A stretch of 64,000 nucleotides of DNA from NCBI RefSeq assembly GCF_009914755.1, contig NC_060929.1; one strand, given 5' to 3'. The notes under the pieces are model-generated. The model searched no databases and had not been told where the DNA came from. It worked only from the letters and a program-made list of their open reading frames with translations. Source of the stretch: the human T2T-CHM13v2.0 reference genome, Homo sapiens. Numbering within the stretch: position 1 is the first letter of the stretch; the number at the start of each line of letters is the position of its first letter. Below are positions 1-14,279 of this stretch, in pieces. Both the position numbers and the translations under genes were made by a program.

Positions 1-414
1 GTAAGTTGTGTGTCTTATGACTACTTAGTTGGAGGTGTGTTTGTATTCCAGGGGTGCATCAACATGTGTGCCTAGTACTCTGAAGCACAGAGACAAGGTT
101 GGGAAAGTGTCTTGGAATTTCCCGTTTAAACACCTCTGGCTGAGGTTGGTATCCCCAAGTCAGTCTCTGCAATGGGAACCTCCTTCCTGGCCTTCCTTAG
201 AATTGGGGATGGTGGTGGAGAGGTTTAGTACATGCTAAACCTATCTGTTGAGTAACGGAATTCTATTGTTGCTTAAAGCGCCACCTAATTAGTCATAAGA
301 CATTCATTATAACAATTAGCAATAATAAACTGAAGTTAAAGCAATTGAAATATGGAAAAAATGATATAAGCCTATAATTAAATATATTGAGAAGAAAATA
401 AAGTAAATTACCTC

Positions 415-532
415 TAGGGGAACCTACTCATCCCACGTTGCTCAGAACTGTTCTGGTTTTACAACTGGAAATCCCAAGTCTGGGAACCCTCTCAGGCCCA
501 AGCAAACCAGCGCAGCTGTTTGCTCTACCCTA
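415..532. mobile_element. MER81-like hAT-Blackjack non-autonomous DNA transposon relic
   Basis: tagggg...accctA termini; internal ctggttttacaactggaaatcccaagtctgggaaccctctcaggcccaagcaaacc resembles MER81 consensus as recalled. Confidence 0.6.
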
Positions 533-707
533 TCTCTTCATGTTTGATAAACATACTGAATTATAGTAGAAAATGTTAATCCAGTTATTTTCCTTCTAGC
601 CAGCAATATTCACCATTGGATGCTAAATAATGACAGTTCTTTAAAAAGAGAAGCAGAAATGTCCAGGGAATACAACTGGAGTGTCAGTGCAGAAATGATA
701 GTAATTA

Positions 708-860
708 CTGGGGAGGAGAGCATCACATGAAGCCAAGAAAGCTGAAGCTTTAAGGCTCTTCTAATCGCAAGTTCCTAATTTTGAAAATACTCTTCTTACA
801 AGGGGTAGCCCTAAGTTACATAAGCTCCAGGCCTCACAAAACCTCCAGGATCCACTCAGA
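708..860. mobile_element. MER91/Zaphod-like hAT-Tip100 relic
   Basis: atgaagccaagaaagctgaagctttaagg ... ataagctccaggcctcacaaaacct...ggatcc resembles the recalled ends of MER91B/MER115. Confidence 0.45.
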
Positions 861-929
861 TAATAGATAATAGCACTTATGATGATGATAAAAGGTTTTT
901 AAAACTTTTGTGTTAAAACATGTATTTTA

Positions 930-1226
930 ACACTTCGTTCTTTATATCAAAATAAATCTCATTTTGATCAAAATCAAATTTAAAGTAATCAAAATGTTTG
1001 AAGAGAATATGAGTAAATATTTCATAATATTAGAGTATTAAAAACTTTATAAGTATATCATGTAAACAAGAATCTATTAAGGGAAACTTCATTGTATAAC
1101 ACAAATATAATGTGTAACAGCAACAAATCAGTGTGTCTGGCAAGATGCTACAACAAAATCCCATGATTGCTACACAGAGCGTGAAGGTTATGCCCTGAGG
1201 ACCAAACAGTTTATCTCCCAAACCAG
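930..1226. repeat. Left arm of ~300-bp inverted repeat
   Basis: Reverse complement of 1676-1973, about 90% identical by eye. The ORF track gives near-identical peptides on opposite strands (CSILPDTLICCCYTLYLC). Confidence 0.95.
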
Positions 1227-1675
1227 TCCATAAATTTTGTATTTAAAACATGTGTAGATGCAGAGACTGGGGAGTTGGCCACTGGGGATTGTAGAGTGAG
1301 AAAAATACCAGGGACATGCTTAACCCACTACCCTATTGGGTGGTTTATAGGCATTGAATGTAAATGAATCCATATGAAAGTGTATTTCACAGACTCTTAT
1401 TTTTACCTTATTAATTTTTCGTGTGTGTATGTGTGTATTAGGAAAATATGTAAATACAGACACATATGTGTGTGTGATAAAAGTGAATAATGTGTGTTTG
1501 AGTGGGTGTATACAAAATACAGAAAACGAAGGCCCTCATGATGAGTGTAATAACGTGACAAGTTACTGCATTATGATGATGAGTGTGATAATGCATTGGT
1601 TTGCTCAGAACAGTAGTGGTATATGCTCACCCGTTGCGCCTTTGTTGGCTAGCAGCCTCCGACCCTCATGAGTGG

Positions 1676-1973
1676 CTGGTTTGGGAGATAAACTGTTTGG
1701 TCCTTGATGCATTAACTGTCACGCTCTGGGTAGTGATCATGGCCGTTCATTGTAGCATCTTGCCAGACACATTGATTTGTTGCTGTTACACATTATATTT
1801 GTGTTCTGTAATGGAGTTTCCCTTAATAGATTCTTGTTTACATGACACATTTAGAAAGTTTTTAATACTCTAATATTATGAAATATTTACTCATATTCTC
1901 TTCAAACATTTTGATTACTTTGAATTTGATTTTGACCAAAATGAGATTTATTTTGACATAAGGAATGAAGTGT
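1676..1973. repeat. Right arm of ~300-bp inverted repeat
   Basis: ctggtttgggagataaactgtttggtcct...gaatgaagtgt is the reverse complement of 930-1226. Confidence 0.95.
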
Positions 1974-1974
1974 A

Positions 1975-2900
1975 AGGTTCCCAGTTATTCTTCCAATGCC
2001 TACCAATCTGTACCAACAACATTTATTGAAAAATTTATTTTCTCTGCATTGAGTTGGAAGGCCAGCCCTCTCCTCACTTAAATCCACATGCGGTTCACAA
2101 AGCCTGACTGTCCTTCCCCGCCCTTCCCTGTGGCGCTGGCTTCTCCTCCCCACTGTTTCATCCCTGCAGTGGTTCCTAAAGCTTACTCCCCAACAGGGAA
2201 AGCCCACCTCTCAACACTTGTCTTTCTTAGAAGGTTTAGGGCTCTTCCTGAATGTTTTTCCCAGAAGAAATATATATTCTTGTTGTCAAGTTTAAAAATA
2301 AAAAATAATCTTTCTGAAATTTTGGTTGGGATTACATTGTATTATTAGATAAATTTAGGCAAAGTTGAAAACTCAAAAACTTAGAAGCTACCTATCAGAA
2401 ACCATTTTAAAAAATTTTTACTTTAGTCACTGTTTTTTTCAAGAACAGTTTATAGATTTATTTATGTAGGGGAATATAAGTGTAGTTATTTTTTCCTTAA
2501 TAATGTTTAATAATTTTTATTAATATCGGAAATAAAATTTTATATTTTATTTAGTATTATTTTTATAGAGTAAAACATTCATTGTGTAATCAGATCCTAA
2601 AATTTTATATTTTTACATTTTTTCAAACAATAATCATATATTTTAATATCATAAGTCAATACTGATAATTTTGGCTTCCCTCTCTAGTGTGTATATCTCT
2701 TATTCACCCCTGCCCTTAGTTTAAAGGCAATGACATATATTTCTAGAACAATACTACAATGTATTTTTTCCTGTCCCTGATCTCAGTTAGAATGTTTCTG
2801 CATTTTCACAATTAAGTGCTGGCTCTTATTTGATATGTATCACGTATTACATTGTAATTTTTTATCTGATTATGGAAACATTCACTTATTTCCATCTTCT
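1975..2900 (-). mobile_element. Old, degenerate L1M-type fragments (approximate bounds)
   Basis: T-rich sequence with antisense L1 motifs such as ccaacaacatttattgaaaa and gaaatttttggttgggattacattg. Confidence 0.45.
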
Positions 2901-5900
2901 CAGCATGACTAAATTTTTGCTCATGGCTTTTCTCCTACATAACTATTCTATAGTGGCCTTGGAGAAATTGTAAGAAAAGAAGTTGACAAATGTGTTTTTT
3001 AAAGTTTGTGACAATCTGTACACAACACAAGGAAGAGACCCATGCCCCTACCCCCACCTCCCCCCCAGAAAGCCCACAGGACTCTGTCACCTCAAGCTCT
3101 GTGTCTACCAATCCTTGGTGACTTTTTCTTTTATCAAGAAGATTGGCCTTGTCCAGTCACACAGGATCCTGGGCTCAATAGGCAAAAGGTGTAAACTCAC
3201 GAGACCCCAGGATCACAGAGTCACAGAGGATGCTGAGTGTTGACTGATGCTCTGTGTCTTTATGTACATGACACTGTGTTAGCTCCATCAGTGAAGAACA
3301 CTTGAACCCATGCACATTTCCATCACTCAAAAGAAGTGAGCAGTCATGACTTTATATTTGTGAAGAAAAGTGCACCTCATTCTATAACCTTAGGTGAATG
3401 AAGCTTGGGGTGTGTGAGTAATTAAACCATCCTTGCACTCCTGTAATGAGCCCCAGTTGATCTTTATGTATTCTTTACTGGTCTGGTGGCTTTAATAGTA
3501 TTTTCTTTATAATTTTTTATACATTTCATAAGATTGGTCTATGATATTATTTGTGTGTTACCTTTCAAAAGATGTCTTATATTGTTTAATCTAAGTTTAC
3601 TTCTTATTTGAATTATTTAACTTTTTTAATGTTTACTTTTCTTTTATAGCTTTTGCTATATGACTGTCTTCTTTTTTGTACCCTTTGGTTATTTAGAAAA
3701 CATACCATATATTTCTAATACTACTATAGTTGCCTCTACAATTTAAAATCATTGCTTATGCCACTCTTTCTTGATTGATTAATGTTACAAATTAAACTAA
3801 AGCCATAAAGACCTTCACAGGCAAAATAAAGCTATTGGCACATTTCTACCTCTTTCATTTTCTAGTCCTCTCATTTCAGTTCAAGCTCCAACCTTTGTTA
3901 TAATTGCTTGCAGTTTCCTTATTTCAGTTTCACTTTAATATTTTATATTGTGTACCTCTAACCTTTCAATAGTAATGCATGTAAATTCTGTTTTACAATC
4001 TTCACCACAGTTGTTCAGGTTGAATTGTCTATGTAAGTGGATCCAGTGGCCTTGCCAGTCCTTCTGTGCCATAGCTTTCTGATTCTCAAGTTTGATGGTA
4101 TAATCTCCCTGCTCAGAGAGTGAGCATCTCAGGAGTGTTGTTCAGAAGGATGATTGCTCCTGGATTTCCTGGCTGCTTGCTGCTTCTCTGTTGCTCCATG
4201 CCAGCTCGTTAATAGAATTCTGTCTTGTTTTCTCCACTTGGTGTCTTCATTGAATTCTCACTCTCTTATGTTACCTGACAGTGTAATCATGTTTTGTGAA
4301 ATTGATTTGCTTAAGTCGGTCTTCTTCCAGAATATTTTTAAAATTTTAATGCCATATACCCTTTTCACATATGTGTTTTTGTAGGGAGGGGTTTGTAATT
4401 TTTCTGTAGGTTCCATGTGAGGTTTCTTTTTTCCCAACTCATTCTGACCAGGGAATTTCCATACAAGTCATTTATAGACCAAAAATGGAGCTGATCTCCC
4501 TGCTGCAGGCCTTGTTCCTCTGGCGCACTTATTCTGAGTGCTTTATGGAACCAATACCAATGGCTTGTAACAAGAATAGTGCTTTTGTTTTGGTTCTTTT
4601 GAGATGTTCACAGTTTGTCAGCCTTTACTTGATTTGGGGAAAAGGAATCTGTACTACCTCACTTGCACCATCTCTCCCAAAATGACCACCATGATGTTTA
4701 AGATAAAAAAGAAGTTTCAGAGAGATGTGTTTTTTTAAAAAAAATAAAGCTATCAAAGAGTGGTCCACACCCATCAAATAATTGTATGGCCTTATAGATA
4801 CCAAAGACATTAACTCAGAATCTGGTGTGTTGACCAACAGAAGCGTTATTTCTCTCTGAAAACCATGCTGCCTTTCCACCTGCAGTGAAGGATGCTTGTG
4901 AAAGGTTTCTTCAGCACTGGCAGTGGCCACACTCTCCCAGTGGCCACTGTGCCCACATCTGGGATGCGCCTTTAGTCTACCTCTGAATGGTGGGTCTCAC
5001 AATGTTCCAAACTCGGGTGCAGCCCCGACTGCCTGTCTGTGCTGGGATCCTGGCTCCACGACGTGCTCCTGCAAGCCTTGGGCACATTTGTTAGTATTTC
5101 TGCACCTGTTTATTAATCTCTGAAATGTGCACAATAATCAAAGCTACCACACAGATTTGTTGTGAGAATTAAAAATTTCATGCAGGTAAAGCACCTCATT
5201 AAATACTAGCTATTAGTATTATAGGAACTCTGTAAACTAGAGGGATTTGGACATTGGATTAATCAGCAGGGATCATCTGACTGTAGATGGTTCAGAGACT
5301 TGCAATAGATGTTGATTTCTTTAAGACAATGAGATTTTTCAATGTCTGTTCAAGGCCACTTAATGCCTTTTAACTCATAATACACAACAAACCATATATT
5401 AGATATCTGCATTCAACTCTCCAGTAATATCAGCATTTCAGATGCCTTCACTTCTTCTTCTTCTTCAGTAGAACCTTTTCTTTACTTCAAATAATTGAAT
5501 TTCCCCAGTGCTTTCCTGAGTTTGTGAATGCTAATGCAATTCTCTCTTGCGACTTGTGCGTATGTAGACTTTGCATCATAGTGGCATCTCAAGGAAGACA
5601 TCACAACACTGCCTAAACTACCCAGATGCTGCTCCTCTGTTCTACATATGACCCTTCGGAATGAATCATTATAAATGCTACATGGGTTGGCTGCTTTCCC
5701 ATTTAAATGGGATGAACTAGAGAATGAGGTCTTTAAATACAGCCTTTCTCTACCCCCAACTCATTGTAACAATACTGAGCATATGTGAAACCACTGAAAT
5801 CTAAAATAGAGTATTTTCTGATGTCTGTATTTATATACATAAATACCACAGAATGATTAGGCCTTTTTGCAGCATAGACCAATAAATTATGCCAATGATA

Positions 5901-6161
5901 ATACAGCTAATTTCATTATACAGTACAGTATATTCCTCCTCATATTCCCTTAGTTTTCTGGACCAATGTTTTTAAGAGCAATAGATAAATATGACATTTT
6001 CAACATGATTCATTTGATAAGTTTTGTGATGTAATGGCTAAAGCTTTACATTTGGAAGTTGGAAGTTGATTCCAAAGAATGAAACAGTAATTGTTGTTTA
6101 ACTAATTATTTAGCTGACTAAATATCTAACAATATTATTTACATATTTTAAAGAGTTTTTA

Positions 6162-6483
<322 letters not shown>

Positions 6484-8384
6484 TTAGTATGTGCTAACAT
6501 ATAGAACCTACTTGATGGGAAAAAGATTCAACCAATGAGTACCTAAGACTTAGTAAGAAAATCAGAAATAACAATCTGAAGGTATCTTGAAGAAGAATGA
6601 AGGCATCAGAAAGGTAGTTTCAAGGAACAGGAGCCAGGAGGTTACATAAATATTGTTCTACCTACTCAATATATTCATTTCCTGGAGCTGATTAATCTTC
6701 TCAAAGTGCCACAGTGTGAAGTCCTTCCTGCAGAGAATGGAATTGTTCCAGACTTATCAAGAAAGATGACTCCAATGTCAAATGTTAGCCATATACTCTT
6801 GGCAGACCCCTGGCCCAGCAGCATCTATTGGCCAGAAAAACTGTCTGCAGCGTGTGATGCCTTCACACCTGAGTCTCATCGTGGTAGCTATTTGAAAGCT
6901 TAAAAGATAAAACTTACAGATTCTTACAAATCATTGTAAAAATTCAAATCCTATGTGGAAATGACAGTATTCCTGAGTCTGCTGTCATTTCAACTCTTCA
7001 CTTTTCAATTCTTTGCCTAGACCCATCTACAGAGGCTTATACCTCATATGCCTCATCATTCAGTTGCCATTGACTGCTTTCACCAATTTCTTTAAAAGCA
7101 AGGAAATTCGACTCCCAGTTTTGTTTAGCATGAGCAAGGTAACCACTAAGAAAGCGACGTAGAGAGTTCTTGGATCCAATGATGTGACCAAGATATTCTT
7201 ACTGCCTGAGAGTAAAGAATGTCCCTGAGGCTCCGGGCGGGATATTGATGTTGATTTCACGGACGGTGTCAGCTTGCTTGCGGATTTGATTTGTGTAAAA
7301 TATGGATTCAATCTGCTTCTTTGGTTTCTTTCTTAAAACCCATTAGATTTATGGTGATTCCTGGTGACCCCGTCACTGAAGACTTTACATAAAACCTTTG
7401 TGGATGGTCCTAACTGGCCAGTCCTGCTCGGCCCAGACCCTCACAGCCCACGCACTGGTGGAGCTCAGGAGCCTTAGGAACTGTGCGGCTGCAGGTCAGC
7501 CTCAAAGCATCCAGGTTCGCTGCAGGAGGACACCTGGAAAAAAATCTCAGAAAAACGGCTCAAGAGCCTGGAGAAGATCATTTCTAAGTATTAGTCTCAG
7601 AGTGAACATCCAAGAAACCCTGACGCGAAAATGCCAGAAAAGCCCGAAACTAGAGGAGGAAGGAGGCCATCATTTTAAAATCCTTGTCATAAAAGGAAGG
7701 AGTCGTCACAGCGGGGAGGGTTCACGTCTGTAATAGAATGGGAAACTGACAGTGTTCCCAAGAAAACGAAGAGCCGAAGAACGGAAGCCCATACACAGTT
7801 GCTAGTGAATCCTCCGTGATTTAAATTGCATTTCACACCTTGAGAAATGAATTAAACCATCTCCTGTGGGAAGGTCATTCATTTCAAAAGAAAGAAAAAT
7901 GAACCTATGTTACTCATGAAATGTTTAAATTCATGTTAGACACGTAGGCTTTCCCTAGAATGCCACGTAAAAGGCTCCGGTGAGAGGCAGGAAAAGATAT
8001 TTCAGATGTTATAGATAATCTGTATGTGCATAATGACTAAGGGAAACCTGTTTGGAACGATTGAGGCTCTGAATAACTTGACACTGATTCAATACTGAAT
8101 CATTCAGGAATTTTCGGAAAACTTCTCCGAGTAGATAATCAGCCAGAAAGTAGAAATACACAACTTTTACCAGGAGTAATGAATTCTTTACTTATCTGGG
8201 TATAAAATAGATAGGCATCACATAAATTGCCATTGTCCAGTTAAAATATTCAAGCCCACAAAATTACTAAATATATACATTTTTTCTAGGTCATTTTAGA
8301 GCTAAGGAACATTAAATTACAAACTCACGTCAGATTTTTCTCCAGCTGACAAGCCAGCCTTGTAGAAATTGTATTTATCTGGGA

Positions 8385-8820
8385 GCAATGCAGCATGGTG
8401 GATAAGAACCCAGGCTCACTGGGCTCCCTTCCTGATCCTGCCACTCCAGCTGTATGATGCTGACCATCAACGACCTCTGTGGCTGCAGACAGGGTCCTCG
8501 GTGTCTCTAGCCTCAGCTTCCTCGTTCATGAAATGAAATTCTAACAGCAGTGCCCCATAGGGTTGTTAAGTGGGCTAATGCATGTGAATGGGTTACTTGG
8601 TGTGTATGTGTGCTTTAAAAGGAACCAGAACTGGTCATGAGAGTCCAGGCCCTGGAGCTGGGCTTCCTGGGTGTAAATTCCATCTCACACCACTTATGTC
8701 ACCTTTCTGCACTTCACTTTTAGGAAATAATAGCATCTGTCCACATCATTGGTTTGCAGGGAAAATTAAACCACTCAACAGATAATAGAAAAAAAAGCTT
8801 AGTGCCCTGCCTAGCATTTG
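8385..8820. mobile_element. MIR fragments (approximate bounds)
   Basis: gcagcatggtggataagaacccaggctc, cctcagcttcctcgttcatgaaatg and ggagctgggcttcctgggtgtaaattcc are MIR-core-like. Confidence 0.5.
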
Positions 8821-9229
8821 GTTTGTCCTCCAGAGGCACTGATTCTGCGTGGCTGTTAATAACCAAATTCATACACTACATGTAAGGTGCGACTGGTTTG
8901 CTTTCTTACTTACTGCAATATTTGAAGCCGTCTGCATAAGCTTCATTTCACCCCTTTAAGATTTGCAAATATTTTGTTAGAACTTCAGGCTTTAATATGT
9001 GGGCTTGTTGTTGTTTGTTGTTATTGCTGTTGTTTCATTGTTAACATTCCCACCAATGGGGTCATTTGTCCTAATCTCCTAGTAATCCATGATAGCTAGG
9101 CTCAACATAGGTATCAAACTCCAACAGGTCTATCTTGTAAGGTGTCTTGGGTGCTGTAAAAACACTAGTTGCTTTCTGGTTTTTGCAGATATGTCCAGTT
9201 CGATTATTTATAAGTAGAATTGGTTAAAT

Positions 9230-9446
9230 CAGCAGGTGGCAACCTATGGCCTGTGAGCCAAGTGCAGCCTGCCATACCTGATTGTGTAAATAAGGTTTCA
9301 TCAGAACAGTCAGGCCTATTCATGTACATGGGGTTTCCAGTGGTTTTCTCACTGATGCAGCAGGGATGAGTCCTCACAGCAGAGATCTCCACCGGCCTGA
9401 AATATTTACTATCTGGCCCTTTAATAAGATACTTGCCAACTTTTGG
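9230..9446. mobile_element. MER58-like hAT-Charlie element
   Basis: ggcaacctatggcctgtgagccaa...gtaaataaggttt...aaatatttactatctggcccttta...ttgccaac. Confidence 0.75.
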
Positions 9447-9956
9447 GCTAGATGAAAGCATCCTCCAGCAAAATGAGTGTCTTAATCAAAAGTGCTGTCT
9501 CTACATCACCTTTCAATCAGGGCAAAATAGCAGTGTTAATGGCATGGCAGCCAAGAATTTCCAAGCAGTTCAGAAAACCTAAACCTAGTTTCAGTCTACG
9601 GTCATCTCATTATTAGCATGCAAGTATCTTTCGTTGACTTAGATGATGTATTGTTTAGTACATTTGTCTTCTCAGCGATTTAGGAAACATATTTCCTTTC
9701 TCAAGAAAATGGCTTGTCTTCAGGATAGGAAAATCTCCTGAGGTAAAGAAGCAAGTCAGATCTGAAATCATCAAATCTGTGTAACCCACAAGCTTGTGTT
9801 CTTGCAGCTGGCTTTCACCGAAACTGTATGAGGAAGACATTTCCTAGTCAGCTGTTAAAATGTCTAAACGAAGTCAGTGGTCTCACGATCACAGTCCATG
9901 AACTTTGTGGCAGAAGGGCCACTTCTCCCCTGGGAATGTTAATAAGGTGTTGCCTA

Positions 9957-10246
<290 letters not shown>

Positions 10247-11797
10247 GGTGTTGCACAAAATAGAGGCGCTAAAATTCTTGTTTCCATGCTGCAGTGGGCT
10301 TCAGCAGCTTCTCTTGGGAGTTAATCAAGTTTTTAATATCATTTTTCTGTTTGAAATGAAGGATTTGTAAGAGGCACTGGCAGTCTTTTCTTTCCCCTTG
10401 TAAACTTTCACTGTGTAGGACCTGAAAGGCCTGTTCTTCCCGCTGTGACCATTTGCTTTCATTCTCTCCCCAGACGAGGTGGAGAACACCTGTGCGGGCT
10501 CTTCGGGCGTCACTGAGATGGCGTTCACTTTCTTTTCGTTAGGTATAAATAAATCCATCCAGTACAGTTACCACCACTTGGGAGCATTGTTTTCTGCATT
10601 CTTTCAACCTCCCCATTCTTCTAATTTTAGAAATTCTAAAATTTCTCAATAGTTCTCATAAGAGTAAATATTCCAAAATCACATAGTTCCATGTGATGAC
10701 CATATCATGACATCATTTTTACCAATGCTGGAAAATCACTGAGAGGCAATACAACAAAATTAATGTCTGTGTCTCTGTGATTTTTTTTTTAATTCGTATT
10801 TACCAGTCAGGTCTTTGTTGATTTTCAGAAGGGATGTATATAATAAGTATAAAATAATACTGCTATAGGAAAACATGGCTTTCCCTCTTGTACACAGGCT
10901 GAGGGACTGAATGTCTGGAATCCTGTGGACCACATGTGAATGAGCTCCCTTTCCCAGGTGAGGGTTGAGGAGGAGAAGAGGCAGGGGACAGGATGAGGAA
11001 GAGACAAAGGAATGAAATCATGATAACCACAGCCAGCCCTTCCCGAGCACTTCCTGTCTGCTAGTCCTCCCAGCCTGCCCAGCACTGCATAGAAAAGCTA
11101 CTGTGACCATCTCCCCTTTGCGGAGGAGAGAATGGAGACATTGGTGTCCCGTGATTTCCTGAAGGCCGTCCAGCTGGCAAGGTTGGAGCTGAGGTTGGAA
11201 CCCAGGCATCCTGACCGCAGAGCCACGGCTTCCCCACCCCCCCACCCCCACACCACAAGGCCTTAGACACAGAAAGGCTGTCCTCGGGCAGTCAGCCAGC
11301 CAGGGTCATGGACCAGGGCAAGACTTCACAAAGAACTTTGATTTGTGTTGCCCTGTTGGTGCCTGGCTATAACTTTATGGATTTCTACATCCACAGGCAA
11401 AAGCAAATCTGCTGAAACACAGGTACATTATGGTGAGCCCAAAAGGAAACTTCTAGTGATGTTACTATATTTAGGAAATAACATAGCTCTGTATATGTGA
11501 ATTGAGGAGGGTGACGTTCATTGTCAACTGGTCAACAAATGTTTAGTATTTTGCATGTGCTCAGTCCTGTGAGTTTCACAGAGGCATTGATGAAATGTCA
11601 AATTATAAAGCATAAATTCTGTGGACAGACAGAATGGCCCTCTCTAATGGAAATGAGGCTCTGGTCATAGTCAAGCCACCAGCCTCTCACTCTTGCAGCC
11701 TCAGGAGACTTGAGTAGAAATTTCTACCTACAGTCTAGCTTCCTCTAGTGTCTTATTCATTCTGCAGTCGCAGTGATCTTTCTAAAACACAAACCTG

Positions 11798-12140
11798 GGC
11801 CAGATGCAGTGGCTCACGCCTGTAATCCCAGCCCTTTAAGAGGCTGAATGGTGTGGATCACCTGACGTCAGGAGTTTGAGACCAGCCTGGCCAACATGAA
11901 GAAATTCCATCTCTACTAAAAATACAAAAAATTAGCCGGGCATGGTGGTGCACGCCTGTAATCCCAGCTACTTGGGAGGCTGAGGCAGGAGAATGGCTTG
12001 AACCCTGGGAGGCAGAGGTTGCAGTGAACTGAGATTGTGCCATTGCACTCCAGCCTGTGTGACAGAGTGGGACTCCAGCTCAAATAATAATAATAATAAT
12101 AATAATAATAATTTTAAAAATAAAAAATAAATATAAAATA
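11798..12140 (+). mobile_element. Alu (AluS) with an (AAT)n microsatellite tail
   Basis: Full dimer; (aat)n at ~12083-12113; TSD aaaacacaaacc / aaaatacaaacc. Confidence 0.95.
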
Positions 12141-13768
12141 AAATACAAACCCAGTATAGACACTTCTCCAAGTCCAGCCTTCCATGGCTCTCCATTGTCA
12201 TTTGCTTGGTGCCCAAATGCCGTCGTGTGGCCTCCGTGACCCTCCAGGACCTGCCACTGCCTCCTCCAGTGTCTTCACGGGCCCTGTCCTAACAGCCCTC
12301 ATTCCTGCCACACTGAAGGCCTCCTTGCCCTGCTGTCACCATAACCTTTCACTGTTGACTTCCTGCACAGCCTATCTTAACGTTCACCCCTTCTTGGGAC
12401 ACATTTGTTTGTCATCCCTCTTCATAGCCATTGTTAATGTCCAGGGAGGCCCTTGATCGGGTATGGCAGGGTGCACAGGCTTGTGGTGCCTGGCCCATGG
12501 GCCCCACGTGGTGTCTGTGACAGGGATAACAGGCATTCCCTCATTCCCTTCAACATAGTGAATGCTGTGGATGGAGGGCAAGGCACAGGCAGTGCATCTC
12601 ATGGGAATGGAAGCCACAGTGACCCTGTGAGTCTAGGGGACCCAGTGGAGGACACAGAGATGGAGGGCACCTTGGCAGGCCATTTCCTGGCCTGGGTGCA
12701 GGTGTCAGGAAGATGCTCTGATGGTGTCACGGTTTTCTAGCTCTTTTTTAGTTTATGAGATGTAATTCCTAACATTTTTCTGATGATGGCGCTGGCACAT
12801 TCTTAGTTCGATGGGTGTGGCATTGAACCTGAGGACAGTTAGGAGTCACTGCCTCTTGTGGCTGTGTGTTCCCAGTTTCCTTTCTCGGTTCCCTCATGCA
12901 AGTCCTTTGTGTGAGAAGAAAATATTCAGTGGGCAAAGTGGCTTCCTACCCAGGATGAAGCCCTCAGAGCTCTTTCATGCTGTTTCCTCTTGATCCGCAA
13001 ACCAGTCTCTCTCATTCCCTTAAAAGATGTGATTTCATTCTTGCCATCCCTGCATCATGATGTCTCCTTTCAGCACTGTCAGAAAAGAGCTGGCTGGAGA
13101 GCACCCCAGGCCAGGTTTCAGGAGCTGAGGCGGGCAGGTCTGTCCTGGAGCTTGGATGCTATGAGAGGGGGCTTCTCTGTCCTGAGATCGGGAGCAACTG
13201 TGTTTCCGTCCTTGTCCATGCCTTTCCAGTGTGCTTGCAGTGAGCTTGCGTTCCTTTCCTTTAAAAGGAAAAAGAGTTTACTATATTGCTGAGGCAGGGG
13301 CCACATATAGGGCAAGACTGCCAAATTGAGCGTTTGGTAAAAAAGCAACCAGTAGACATGTTAGTTAGGTACTTGGTGTGACCAAATGAACCGTTAGGTC
13401 TGGACGTAAAGGAAGCAACACCAGAGATTTGCCATCCTGTGGTATCTTGCCAACACAGCCCATCTTTACTCTAACAGCTGAGGGGCCCTTTCCTGGGAGC
13501 TTTGAACTCCCAGAACCTCTGGCACACTGGGGCTTGTGGACATTCAGACAGGTGGGGGATGGAGGCCACAGGTCCATGTGTGTGAGCCCCGTGCCCTGGG
13601 AAATGGGGAGCCATGGAGTGTTTCATATATTATAGTAATGTTGTGTGTTCATGTTCGCGCTGGAAATACTTCTTCTTGGCAGCAGAGTGGAGATTAGCTT
13701 TTATCAACTCAGACTTAGAAGCTAGGGGACAATTAAGGAGCAATCCCTGTGAAAAATGACAGGGATCT

Positions 13769-14255
13769 TGTATTGGAGTTCTGCAAAGAACCAGAACCAA
13801 TTATATGCGGATGTGCCTGTGTGAGGTAAAGGCTCTCCTGGTTGCAATCATCTATAAGACTTCGAAATAAAACTAATTCTTTAAAAGCCTGCCTTTTCTT
13901 TAGCTGACAAGAGACAAAGGAAGATTTATTTTAAGGAATTGGCTTATGTGATTGTGGGGACTGGCAAGTCCAAAATCTGCAGGACAGATCAGTGGACCAG
14001 AAGCCCAGGAAGGAGTTGCAGTTTTGCAGTTCAAGTCTGAAGCCCAGACTTTTTTGGGGGATACCTCCCTCTATTGAGGCCTTCAACAGACTGGATGAGT
14101 TCCACCCCCATTACAGGGGTCATCAACTTTACTCAAAGTCTACAGATTTGAATGTTTATCTCACCTAAATATGCTTTCACAGAAATGTCTAGAATAATGC
14201 TCAGCTAAATATTTGTCTACTGCAGTCTAGACATGTTGACACATCAAGTTAACCT
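13769..14255 (-). mobile_element. MLT2-family (ERVL) solo LTR
   Basis: aaggaattggcttatgtgattgtggggactggcaagtccaaaatctgcagg ... ggccttcaacagactggatgag ... gttgacacatcaagttaacc. Confidence 0.8.
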
Positions 14256-14279
14256 GGACTCAGCCAACATGAATGATAC

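Noticed and set aside
1030-1873. Two similar Cys-rich ORFs on opposite strands (63 aa and 90 aa) resembling a paralogous gene pair
   Set aside because: They are a by-product of the inverted repeat, begin at non-ATG codons and have no splice or domain support.
7060-7733. ORFs in a mildly CpG-richer patch, possible pseudogene
   Set aside because: No recognisable protein similarity, poly(A) tail or TSD; a regulatory role cannot be supported from sequence alone.
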